This document shows positions 41,242-52,828 of a stretch of 64,000 nt of DNA, one piece after another; within the stretch, counting starts at the first letter, position 1, and every line of letters begins with the position of its first letter. A program made the translations under genes and the position numbers. The notes beneath the pieces were generated by a model that did not search any database, was not told the origin of the DNA, and was given only the letters and a program-made list of their open reading frames with translations. The stretch is from Malacoraja senta (lineage: Eukaryota): positions 434,001 to 498,000 of the forward strand of contig JAXLNO010005863.1 of the NCBI GenBank assembly GCA_038087875.1, read 5' to 3'.

Positions 41242-42146
41242 GTGCATAAATGTTCGATTAATGTAAGACACACTTTAATACAATTTAAAATTTTACATAG
41301 ATTATATTATTCAAAAACTAAAATTCATAAAATTTTCCCTAATGTATCATCTATTTGTGATAAATGTCAATCCCAAGAAGCTACTATAGAGCACTCATTC
41401 GTTTTCTGTACAAAAATTCAAAAAATTTGGAATGAAATTTTTGAAATCTTTACAAAGTTATTTAAAACAAGACTGATACCCAAAGCAGAATGGATTATCT
41501 TCGGAATAACGGAAGATGGTCCAGAACTAAATGTGTTTCAAAAGAAACTAATGGACTATGGGTTAATAACTGGAAAAAAGCTAATTCTAAAATTTTGGAA
41601 GAAGGCTCCAATACCAACTATAAATATGTGGATTTCAAATATGTTTGAAACATTACACCTAGAAGAGATAAGACTCCTCCTAGCAGGTAAACCAGATCAT
41701 TTCCACCTGACGTGGTCTGCATTTATAGAATTATTACAAAAATAGGGTGCAAAAGTACTTAAAAAAAAAAAAAAAAAAAATTGAGGTCAGGTAAGGGGGG
41801 ATGATAGTTGAAGAGTTGGTATGTCCCATTTACGTAATGCTCAAAAAAATATTTGTTTCTCTCTTTTTCCTCTTTCTCTTTCTCTTTCTTTTCTAGGGCC
41901 TATTTCTTAACTCTTTTTCTTTTGTTTTTAATTTTGCTCTTATAGGGTCTTTGTCCTTTTTTGTTGTCACATTTCCTACACTTTCACTTTTTCCTTCACT
42001 TTCTTCTTTCTTTCAATCTTTTCCTTTTCTAGTGTAAAAAATAAATGGAGTACATTAATTGTAAGAAGATATAAATGACGAGTACTAATGTATGCGGTTG
42101 TAATGTAATGTACTTCTAATAAATAAAAATTAAAAAAAAATAATAA
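41242..42146 (+). mobile_element. 5'-truncated L1-clade LINE (CCHC zinc knuckle, 3' UTR, A-rich tail) with 163-bp TSD
   Basis: ORF 41242-41745 contains C..C.......H....C (ICDKCQSQEATIEHSFVFC). Direct repeats at 41079-41241 and 42147-42309. Confidence 0.92.
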
Positions 42147-42356
42147 TAAATTGTAAAAGACAATGTAAAAAGAATACACATGTGATCCATGAACTAGTTC
42201 AAAGAGTTGCCTTGCCTCAGGCACCATCCACTGAATGCTGCCGAGTGGTGTATTGTGGAATACTTTGTAAGATTGCATGGAATAAAAATATACATCAATC
42301 ATAATTAATTTAAATGGCACAGAGGATGCCAGGTTTTATTTACACTCTGTTGTGTT

Positions 42357-43402
42357 AAAGAAGGAACTGCAGATGCTGGAAAATCGAAGGTACACAAAAA
42401 TGCTGGAGAAACTCAGCGGGTGCAGCAGCATCTGTGGAGCGAAGGAAATAGGCAACGTTTCGGGCCGAAACCCTTCTTCAGACTGAAAGGGGGTGGGGAG
42501 AAGAAAGGAAAAAAGGAAAAAAGGCGGAGGAGGAGCCCGAGGGCTGGGGGAGGGGAGGAGACAACCAGAGGGCTGATGAAGGGGAGGGGACAGCAAGGGC
42601 TAGCAGAGTTGGGAGAATTCAATGTTCAAGCCACCAGGATGTAGACTACCCAAGCGGAATATGAGGTGCATTTCCTCCAATTTACGGTGTTGCTCGCTGT
42701 GGCCATGGAGGAGACCCAGGACAGAGAGGTCATATACGGAATGGGAGGGGGAGTTGAAGTGCTGAGCCACCGGGAGGTCAAGTTGGTTATTGCGGACCGA
42801 CCGGAGGTGTTCGGCGAAACGATCGCCAAGCCTCCGCTTGGTCTCACCGATGTAGATCAGCTGGCATCTAGAGCAGCGGATGCAATAGATGAGGTTGGAG
42901 GAGATGCAGGTGAACCTCTGTCGCACCTGGAACGACTGCTTGGGTCCTTGGATGGAGTCGAGGGGGGAGGTGAAGGGACAAGTGTTGCATCTCTTGCGGT
43001 TGCAAGGGAAAGTACCCGGGGAGGGGGTGGTACGGGAGGGAAGGGAAGAATTGACAAGGGAGTTACGGAGGGAGCGGTCTTTGCGGAAGGCAGACATGGG
43101 GGGAGATGGGAAGATGTGGCGAGTGGTGGGGTCACGTTGGAGGTGGCAAAACTGACGGAGGATCACTTGTTGTATGTGACGGCTGGTGGGGTGAAAGGTG
43201 AGGACTAGGGGGACTCTGCCTTTGTTGTGAGTGGGGGGATGGGGAGAGAGAGCAGTGTTGCGGGGTATGGCAGAGACCCTGGTGCGAGCCTCATCTATGG
43301 TGGAGGAGGGGAACCCCCGTTCCCTGAAGAATGAGGACATTTCAGATGCCCTGGTGTGGAACGCCTCATCCTGGGAGCAGACGCGGCGTAGACGGAGGAA
43401 TG
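42357..43402 (-). mobile_element. Penelope-like element with an open GIY-YIG endonuclease C-terminal ORF and terminal repeat
   Basis: ORF 42600-43340: Cys-rich linker (PCNRKRCNTC), LIYCIRCSRCQLIYIGETKRRLGDRFAEH, LEEMHLIFRL. Confidence 0.93.
42451..42485 (-). ncRNA. Minimal type I hammerhead ribozyme motif in a Penelope terminal repeat
   Basis: Minus strand reads CUGAAGA-A-GGGU(UUCG)GCCC-GAAA-CGUU: conserved core, stem II and a palindromic ACGU stem III. Confidence 0.6.
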
Positions 43403-43477
43403 TTTACACTCTATTTGGAGACACAGAACAATGCTGCACAAGGCACGATGTACAGGAAGGAACTGCTGGTTAAAACT

Positions 43478-44174
43478 CTCCAGTGAGTCCCTCAGCCCGT
43501 ACTCCTGCAGTCTGGAATGGACAGATGATGTTTTGGGTCAGACACCTCTTCAGACTGATTGTAATAGAAAGCTGAAAAAGAGATGTGGAGCTGGGACAAA
43601 GCCTGGCAAGTGATACAGGCGATAAGACACAAAAAGCTGGAGTAACTCAGCGGAACAGGCAACATTTCTGGAGAGAAGGAATGGGTGATGTTTCTGGTCG
43701 AGACCCTTCTTCAGACCCTTTGTCAACTTTTCACCTCTAGCCGTTGCCACTTACTCCACCCGTCTACTTATCAAAATCTGTTCTCAACTCGCACCAACTT
43801 CTCGTTTTCACCCAACAAATAAATAACAATGGCCTGTTTTCCTTTATCATCGTTACTTTTTTGCATATCTTTCATTCATTGTTCTTTATCTCTCAACATC
43901 ATTGTCTATATCTCTTGTTTCCCTTATCCCCACTAGTCTGAAGAAGAATCTCGACCTAAAAAGTCACCCATTCCTTCTCTCCAGAGATGTTGCCTGGCCC
44001 GCTGAGTTACTCCAGCATTTTATGTCTTATCACCTGTATCACTTGCCAGGCTTTGTCCCAGCCCCACCTCTCTTTTTCAGCTTTCTATTACAATCAGTCT
44101 GAAGAGGTGTCTGACCCAAAACATCATCTGTCCATTCCAGACTGCAGGAGTACGGGCTGAGGGACTCACTGGAG
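43478..44174. repeat. 239-bp inverted repeat with 219-bp spacer
   Basis: Arms at 43478-43716 and 43936-44174. The outer 106 bp are perfectly complementary. Confidence 0.95.
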
Positions 44175-44869
44175 CTTGGTGCAGCCAACACCACGGCTCA
44201 GTGGGGGTCTACAGTCTAGGGTCCTTCGTGGCAATACATTGGGGGGCTGCAACTGGTGAAGACGCCCCTCAAACAAGGGACGGGCTATTAACCCAGGAGG
44301 GCTATACGAGTGGCAAGGGTGCTTGATATAAGGATAGTTTGTGAACACAACCAAAAATAACCGTAATTAATCCATGTGTGGACACTGAGAATGGCAGAAA
44401 CGTTGTTTGCCCTGTTCTTATTTTGTATACATTTCATTATTCTGAATAATATTTATCCTTGGTGGGGAAAAAATCCCTCCAGATATTACCTGACCTGCTG
44501 AGTCCCTGCAGCCCTTTGTGTTTTGCAGTGGATAGTATATATGATGTGGATGTGAATATTGGTGGTTTGAATAGTAGGTTTACAGATGACATGTACATTG
44601 AAGAAGGTTGTCTATGGATCCAGTGTGATAGAGATTAGCTAGAGAGCTGGATGGAGCAAAAGCAGAAGGAATGTAATCCAGACATGTGTGAAGTTGTACG
44701 TGTCGGGATGTCATGTTCTGGTAGGACATAAACGGTAAGAACCTGAGGGGTGTTAATATACAGAGAGTCCTTGGGTTGCAAGTTCATTGATACGTGAAAT
44801 TGTCGACAAGGGTAGACAGGAAAGCAAAAAATGCACTTTGGCATGTTTGTCCACTTAGACAGAGAAACA

Positions 44870-45440
44870 TATAAAATTGGTGCAGTAGTAGGCCATTTGG
44901 CCCTTCAAGCCAGCACCACCATTCAATATGGTCATGGGTGATCAACCAGAATCAGTACCCTGTTCCTGCTTTCTCCCCAATCCCTTGATTTTGTTAACCC
45001 TAAGAGCTAACTCTCTCTTGAATACATTCAGTGAATTGGTCTCCGCTGCCTTCTGTGGCAGAGAATTCCACAGATTCACAACACTCTGGGTGAAAAGGTT
45101 TTCCCCACCTCAATCCTAAATAGCCTACCCCTTATTCATAAACTGTGACCCCTGGTTCTGGACTCCCCCAACATTGAGAATATTTTTCCTGCATCTAGTC
45201 TGTCAAATCCCTTATTAGTATTCTATTTCTATCAGATCCCCTCTCATCCTTCTGAATTCCAGTGAATATAATCCCAGTCGATTCATTCTTTTATTATATG
45301 ACAGTCCCCCCATCCCGGGAATTAACCTGGTGAACTTTGCTGCACTCCTTCAATAGCAAGAATGTCCTTCTTCAAACTAGGCGACCAAGACTGCACAAAA
45401 TACTCCAGGTGCAGTCTCACCAGGGCCCTGTATAACTGAA
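44870..45440 (-). mobile_element. CR1 3' fragment inserted in an older plus-strand CR1
   Basis: Antisense CR1 3' end. Degenerate plus-strand CR1 lies on both sides (44540-44840 and 45440-45760). Confidence 0.8.
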
Positions 45441-45761
45441 TAGACTCTGGCATCAAGTATAAGAGTTGAGAAATCAAACAAAACATTGGTTAGGCTGCAC
45501 ATGGAGTATTGTGTAGATTTCTGGTCGCTCCACTACTAACGTTACTGTGTGGGGATCACTGGTTGGCGTGGGCCGAATGGCCTGTTTCTGCAATGTATCT
45601 CTAAACTAAAAATGATGTGATGGCATCAAAAGCAGTGCAGAAGGGTTTTGCCAGGTTGTTGCCTGGAATAGAGGTCTGGTGTTATGTGAAGAGATTGGAT
45701 AGGCTGCATTTATTCTCACTAGGATGCAGGAGTTAAATAATGAGGGCTATAGATAGTGTCA

Positions 45762-46210
45762 GAAGGGTCTGCAGATGCAGGTTTAAACTGAAGAAAGAGA
45801 CAAAAAGCTGGAGTAACTCAGTGGGACACGCAGCATCATTGGAGAGAAGGAATGGGTGATATTTCGGGTCGAGACCTTTTTGGGTCGAAACCCTTCTTCA
45901 GGAAGGATCTACAGATGCTGATTTACACCGAAGACAGACATAAAATGCTGGAGTAACTCAGTGGGACAGGCAGTATCACTGGAGAGAAGGAATGGGTGAC
46001 ATTTCGGGTCGACATCCTTCTTCAGGAAGGATTAACAGATGTTGGTTTACACCGAAGACAGACATAAAATGCTGGAGTAACTCAGCAGGACAGGCAGCAT
46101 CTTTGGAGGGAAGGAATGAGTGACGTTTCTAAACATCATCCATTCCTTCTCTCCATAAATACTGCCTGCCCTGCTGAGTTACTCCAGCATTTTGTGTCTA
46201 TCTTTGGGGT
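45762..46210. repeat. Tandem array of Penelope terminal-repeat units (3 direct and 1 inverted)
   Basis: Units start at 45762, 45902 and 46026 (periods 140 and 124 bp). Inverted partial arm at 46131-46210. Confidence 0.88.
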
Positions 46211-46654
46211 ATAGATAGGATAGAGAGTAACTGTCTATTTCCCGGGGCAGTGGAGACTAGAACTGGAGATTTAAGGTGATGGGAGAGAAATGTCAAGGGG
46301 ATCTGAGCAGACGTTTCTCACCGCAGTAGTTATCTGGAATGAGCTGCAGGGGAGATGGTAGAGGCAGATATAATCACAATGTCTAGAAAGCATTTGGACT
46401 TTTGGTAGGAAAGTCAGGGAGGGATAAGGGCGTAATTCATGTAATTGTATATAAACATCTCGGTCAGCATAGACAAGATTGGGCAAAAGGGCCTGTTTAT
46501 ATGCTGCATGATTCAGTTTATTTTAAGATTCTTTCTGTGGTTTTCATGTTGCTATCTCTATTAGCCAGAATAAGCACTGAAAATGGCTCAATCAGTCTAC
46601 ACCAGAGAGAACACTGCGTGAACCAAAGGAAGTGAGATATGTAAAATAGGTTCT

Positions 46655-46965
46655 TTAGTTTTTTAATTTAGATACACAGCATGGAAACAGGCCTTTCGGC
46701 CCACCGAGTCTGCACCGGCCAGCGACTAACCCGCACACTATGTACACGAGGGACAATTTGACACATGCATCAAGCCAATTCACCTACATTCCTGCACGTC
46801 TTTGGAGTGGGAGGAAATCGAAGATCTCGGTGAAAATCCACGCAGGTCACGGGGAGAACGTACTAACTCCGTACAGACAGCACCCATAGTCAAGATTGAA
46901 ACCGGGTCTCTGGCACTGCAAACACTGTAAGGCAGCAACTCTACCACTGTGCCACTGTGCCGCCC
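46655..46965 (-). mobile_element. tRNA-derived V-SINE (HE1-like)
   Basis: Antisense copy of the SINE family. Further copies lie at about 47660-47941 (-), 48396-48688 (+) and 50190-50421 (+). Confidence 0.8.
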
Positions 46966-49060
46966 TTATTGGTAACTTTGTGTGATCTTATTTTGTTAGG
47001 ATGCAAATCCTATGGGAACGCTTTCTCAAAGAGATAGATAATGATGTAGAAACAACGAACCGCAGATGCTGGTTTGTACCAAAGAGAGTCACAAAGTGCT
47101 GGAGTAACTCAACGGGTCAGAGGTGTTCTACAGCATCTCTGTAGAAAAAGGATGGGTGATGCTGGGTGAAGCTTCAGGTTGGGATCCTTCTTCAGACTGA
47201 TGTGTCGGGTTGGGACCCTTCTTCAGACTAACCCTGCTTGAGACTGAAGTAGGGTCCCGACACGAAGTGTCATCCAGCCTTTTTCTCCAGAGATGCTGCC
47301 GGTCTCGCTGAGTTACTTTAGCACTCTGTGTCTAAGGTTGATAATGAGTTGTTCAATCCTGATTTTTTGTGATGTTAATTTCTGCATGCTCACAGGGCAG
47401 ACTGTGACCGTAAACAGTTGAAAAATGAGTCTAGCAGGAAATGTGTGGTATTTGAGTAAGTGTGAATGTGGGGCCTCTCCAGTGAGACGATTGGGGAACT
47501 CCCTGACAAAGGGGGATGTGGTGAACAAGTCACCAGGAGGTCATATCAAAGCAGAAGTTAAATGTTACATTGATATTTTTAGTCTGCTCTTGATGTACTG
47601 GCATGGTGCAATCCGATTTGGACAACTTACTGAATATTGCAGCTGAAGATGGTATAGATATATAGCATTGGAACAGGCTCTTCAGCCCACCAAGTCCACG
47701 CTGAACAGCGATCACCATACAGTAGCAATATCCTATAGACTAGCAAAAATTTATAATCTTTACCAAACCCTATTAAACTACAAACTCATCTTTGGAGTGT
47801 GGGAGGAAGCTGGAGCACCCAGGGAAATCCCACAGGTAGAATGTAAAAACTCCATATAGACAGCACCCATGGTCAGGATTGAACCTGGCGGTCTCTTGAG
47901 CTGTAAGGCAGTAACTCTACCGCTGTTCCACCGTGTCACCCTTTTGTGGGGGATCATGCAGAAGCCTCCTCGTGACGATCCACGGAACCGATGACACGAT
48001 GCACTCTGAGACACGTCGGGCGACCAATTCTGTCAACATGTTGGACGACGACAGAAGCCAACAGTGAGCTACACCTCATCTGACACACGAGCGAATGAAC
48101 CCTTGTTAGACTAATCAACAAGTTTACGACATAAATATGATGTGATGCAACTAATTGAGAGTGCAGCATGGAGAGTGCAGCACAGAAACAAGCCCTTTGA
48201 CCCATCAAGTCCATACTAACTATTTTGGGACCTGATCTCTTTTTATCTTCCTGATATTTCCAATACCTACCCCTAGATTTTACTCTTTAACGACACACGG
48301 AGCAATAAATGGTGGCCTGTGAACCAAATAACTGCCGTGACTTCCCTTTGTGGGTGGAATATCTGAATATCATATTTCCAAATGTTGATCAGTAAGGGCG
48401 ACACGGTGGGGCAGTGATAGAGTTGCTGCCTTAAAGTGTCAGAGCCCCGGGTCCGATCCTGACTATGGCTGCTGTCTGTACGGAGTTTGTACATTCTCCC
48501 CATGACCAGTGGGTTTTCGCCAAGATCTTCGGTTTCCTCCCACACTCCAAAGACGTACAGGTTTGTAGGTTAATAGGCTTGATATAAATGTAAATTGTCC
48601 TTCGTGTGTAGGATAGTGTTAATGTGCGGGGATCTGTGCGGACTCGTGCTGAAGGGCCTGTTTCCACACTGTATCTCTAAACTAACCTAAAATAATCTAA
48701 GTAAGCTTGATATTTAGAATCATGTACAGCATAGAAACAGGCCCTTCAGCCCAGCTTATCTATGCCAGCCAAGATGCCCCATCTACCCTTGACCCACCTA
48801 TCTATATTTTAGCTTAGTTTAATTTATTATTAATGTCACGTGTACTGTTTTACTGTGAAAATGTTTCTTGTGTGCTGTCCAGTCAGTGAAAAGACTACAT
48901 TACTATGAAGCCGTTCACAATCTATAGATACAGGGTAAATGATATCATGTTTAGTGCAATGTAAATCCAATTGGTGTTTTGCCGATTTCCCTCCAAACCT
49001 TTCCTATCCATAGAAATGTCTATTACTTGACAATAATTGTATTATATTCTTGGTGTCTAG

Positions 49061-49321
49061 GGCCTCACACACTGATCTATTACTACACCCTGAACCACGG
49101 GAGAACTCATCTACCAGAATATAGTGTCGTGGGTGTTCTGGACGGTTGTGAGATACAGTATTATGACAAAAACATGGTCATTACAGTTCCAAGACAGAAA
49201 TGGATGGCGGCTGCATTTGACAGGAATTACTGGGTAACAAATACGGTCTCTGAAACTGGTTTCCATGGAATCATCAAAGGGCAAGTCGATGAATGGATGC
49301 GGAGGCAGAACAAAACAGGAA
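49061..49321 (+). CDS. MHC class I-like heavy chain, alpha1 exon
   Basis: Acceptor tgtctAG, donor GTTAGT, 261 nt, phase 1/1. GPHTLIYYYT...PEYSVVGVLDG...YYD...PRQKWM...YW...RRQNKTG follows the class I alpha1 pattern, including the terminal N-glycosylation sequon. Confidence 0.93.
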
Positions 49322-51454
49322 GTTAGTTCATTCATTTCAATACATTTGGAGTGTGATCAATGTTCATAAAAAAACATCTCAAAGACATTTCTCGCTGTGC
49401 CAGAGACCCAGGTTTGATCCCGACTACATGTTCTCCCTGTGAACACAGATATTTCCTCCAGGTGCTCCGGTTTCATCCCATATCTTGAAAACGTGAGAGT
49501 TTGTAGATTAATTGGGCTCTGCAAATTACTCTTGTGTGCTGAGAATGGGTGAGAAAGTGGGATTACATAGATGTGTAGGAAGGAACTGAAGATGCTGGTT
49601 TACAGCAAAGATAGGCACAATGTGCTGGAGTAACTCAGCGGGACAGGCAGCATCTCTGGATACAAGGAATGGATGACTTTTCATGTCAAGACCCTTCCTC
49701 AGACAGAGTATTTCCCCTGACTTACTCCAGCATTTTGTGTCCATTTTGGGATAACATAGAATTAGTGTGAAAGATGATCGATGGTTGGCATGGAATTGGT
49801 GGGCCGAATGGCCCGTTTCCATGCTGAGTCACTAACCTAAGAACTGCAGATGCTGCAAATGTGAAATAAAAACCAAAAATGCCATTGTCTGATGGCTTCA
49901 TTGTCAGTTTATCACCATGGAAACCTGTCATTACCTTATCAGTGATACCCGCTATGTCCAACCATGCCTCCCACTCCTGTCTGTAACTTACACATTCTCA
50001 CAATTCTGAAGCATTAATTTTGTTTCTCTTTCCATAGGTTCTGTTGAACTTGCTGTGTGTTCCAGCATTTTACAAATCATTGAAATGTTGGTGGCTTTTT
50101 GAATGGTTAAAATCCCTTGCGTACCTCACCAATTGTTTTTACTTTTATTGACAAATGTTGAAAGAAAGGTTGTGTGAAATATTTAAAGGATAACCTAAAT
50201 GGCATTGTGGTTCAGCCGTAGTGATGCTGCCGTAGTGCCAGAGACCCTGGGTTGATCCTGGCCTCAGGTGCTGTCTGTACAGAGTTTGTACGTACTCCCC
50301 GTGACCTGCGTGGGCTTTTCCCGGGTGCCCCGGTTTCCTCCCACACTCCAAGCCTGTATGCCAAAGGGGATCACTGGTCACTGTGGACTCTAAGGGCTGT
50401 TTTCGTGCTATATCTCTAAATTATCTTGGGCACCAATTGTAAAGTAAGCTGTCCAAATCCGTCTGCACCACACTTGTATATCCATATAATTTGCAATTGG
50501 ACACGTTTTATATTGTAAATCAATAAGTCCTATCACCATTACTGTGTTAATTCAATGACATTCGTAGTGTACCATTGAACAAAGCAGGACCAGGCATGAG
50601 GGGACCATCGTGAGGTGGGGGACAAAGGAGGACCTGGTGTGGGAGACTTTATAACTTTGTAGGTGCCCTTTATGTGAAGAATCTTGACATACGTTGGGTT
50701 TACAAAACAAAGAATTTCACTGTGACTTGTCACATGTCACTATAAAGTGTCATTCATTCATGATTAATTATTTCTGAAAACATTGCTTTTTGTTACCTCT
50801 TTGGTTACACATTAAACAAATTATATTATTAATCTTTAACTGGACTAAAACAGGGTGAGGGTACAAACAGGGAACAATACATCAAAATATTATGCACTGG
50901 GCATAATTTCTATCAATTTCCACATGTTGCAATATTTATTATTATTTTCAAATTATATGTGAATACATGTGAATGACATTTATTAGATTATCATCTCATT
51001 CATTGAACCATGTTTATTGAATCATATTGCCTTCAAAAATAAAAAAAATTATTTGCATTATTTATGGTGCACATATTATCTGCAACATTGTTATGTTTAT
51101 GAGATTTATGAGCATATTGTCGGGGCTCAAGGGTGTGAACAAGAGGGAGAGATTGGGCAAGCCAGGGCCTTATTCCATGGAGCACAGGAGGCTGAGGGGT
51201 GATCATATAGGGGCGCTTAAAATCATGAGGGGAATTGATAGAGTGTATGCCCAGAGCCTTTTACCCAGAGAAGGGGAATAAAATAACCAGAGGACATGGG
51301 TTTAATGTGAGAGGGGAAAGATTTAATTGGAACTTGGGACAATCTTTGTGCTCAGAGAATGGTCAGCATATGGAATGACCTGCCAGAGAATGGAGTTGCG
51401 GCAGGTACAATAACAATATTTAAAAGACACATGGACAGGGACATGCATAGGTAG

Positions 51455-51915
51455 ATAAAAGTGCTGGAGAAACTCAGCAGGTGAGGCAGCATCTATGGAG
51501 CGAAGGAAATAGGCAACGTTTCCGGCCGAAACCCTTCTTCAGACTGATGTGGGGGTGGGGGTGGGGGGCGCAGGAAGAAGAAAGGAAAAGGTGGAGCCAG
51601 TGGGCTGAGGGAGAGCTGAGAAGGGGAGGAGAAAGTAAGGACTACCTGAAATTAGGGAAGTCAATGTTCATACCGCTGGGGTGTAAACTGCCCAAGCGAA
51701 ATATGAGGTGCTGCTCCTCCAATTTACGGTGGTCCTCACTCTGGCCATGGAGGAGACCGAGGGCAGAAAGGTCGGATTTGGAATGGGAGGGGGGAGTTGA
51801 AGTGCTGATCCACCGGGAGATGAGGTTGGTTGTTGCGAACCGAGCGGAGGCATTCGGCGAAACGATCGCCAAGCCTGCGCTTGGTCTCACCGATGTAGAG
51901 CAGCTGACATCTAGA
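51455..51915 (-). mobile_element. Penelope-like element 3' fragment
   Basis: ORF 51642-51944 has KLEEQHLIFRLGSLHPSGMNIDF, followed by the terminal repeat. Confidence 0.88.
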
Positions 51916-52828
51916 GAGAAACGTTTTGAATGATGTCTACCCATTACAGGGTAAATGGGACTCGCTTAAATGGGGTATCTTGATTAGCATGGACAAGTTG
52001 GGCCAAAGGGCTTGTTTCCCTGCTGTGTGACTCTCTATGACTGCTTTATAGCAAAGAGCGCTGTTGCTTCACAGCTCCAGTGGTCCGGGTTCAATCATCT
52101 CCAGTGCAGTCTGTGTGGAGTATAAGCATTCTCCCTGTGACAATGTTTGTTCTCCAGTTTCCTCCCACATACCAAAATGTGCTGAATTAGTAGATTAAGC
52201 CACCGCTGCAAATAGGTGGATTTGTGGCATTGATAGAAATGAGAAAGATCTGTTTTGGGGAAAATTAGTGTTGGAATAATTTTGTTCTCTGGGCTAGAGT
52301 GGGCTCAGGAGGCTGAAAGGCCTCTTTCTCTGTCACATGGATTTATGGGCAGTTATTTATCCTTGAATTGCCTTCTTTCTCATTTTAGTCAACAGTGTAA
52401 AATTGAACTAATTGACTAGATTGAACTATTTAACAATTGTAGATGAAAGGAAGAGCAGAGGCTGCTTTCCTCCACACACAAAGTGCTAAGGAACTCAACG
52501 GGTCAAGCGGCATCTTTGGGGAACATGGGAAGGCAGATATTTCGGGTGAGGATCCTACTTCAGACTGAAGTTGGGTCACGTTAGAGCATGCTTTGTACTC
52601 ACACTCGCAGTCCAGTGTTAGTTTTCAAGGATTTTTTGTTATTCACAGCTTGAAGTTGTTACATATTCAGCAGAGAGAAGATGAGACAAACTAAAGCACC
52701 TGCAAAGCACAACTAAAAGACCGCAGAAAGAAGCTTGAAAAGAAGGCTCTTATCTAAACAACGTACTTTCAAGAGAGAGTTAGATTTAGCTCTTAAGGCT
52801 AAAGGAATCAAGGGATATGGGGGAAAAG

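Noticed and set aside
42339-43412. TTTACACTCT on both sides of the Penelope element as a TSD
   Set aside because: The left copy is separated from the element end by about 10 nt, so it is not a clean duplication.
50015-50060. Strong acceptor ttttgtttctctttccatAG as an extra class I exon
   Set aside because: It derives from a Penelope-type terminal repeat, and no Ig/MHC-like frame or matching donor follows.
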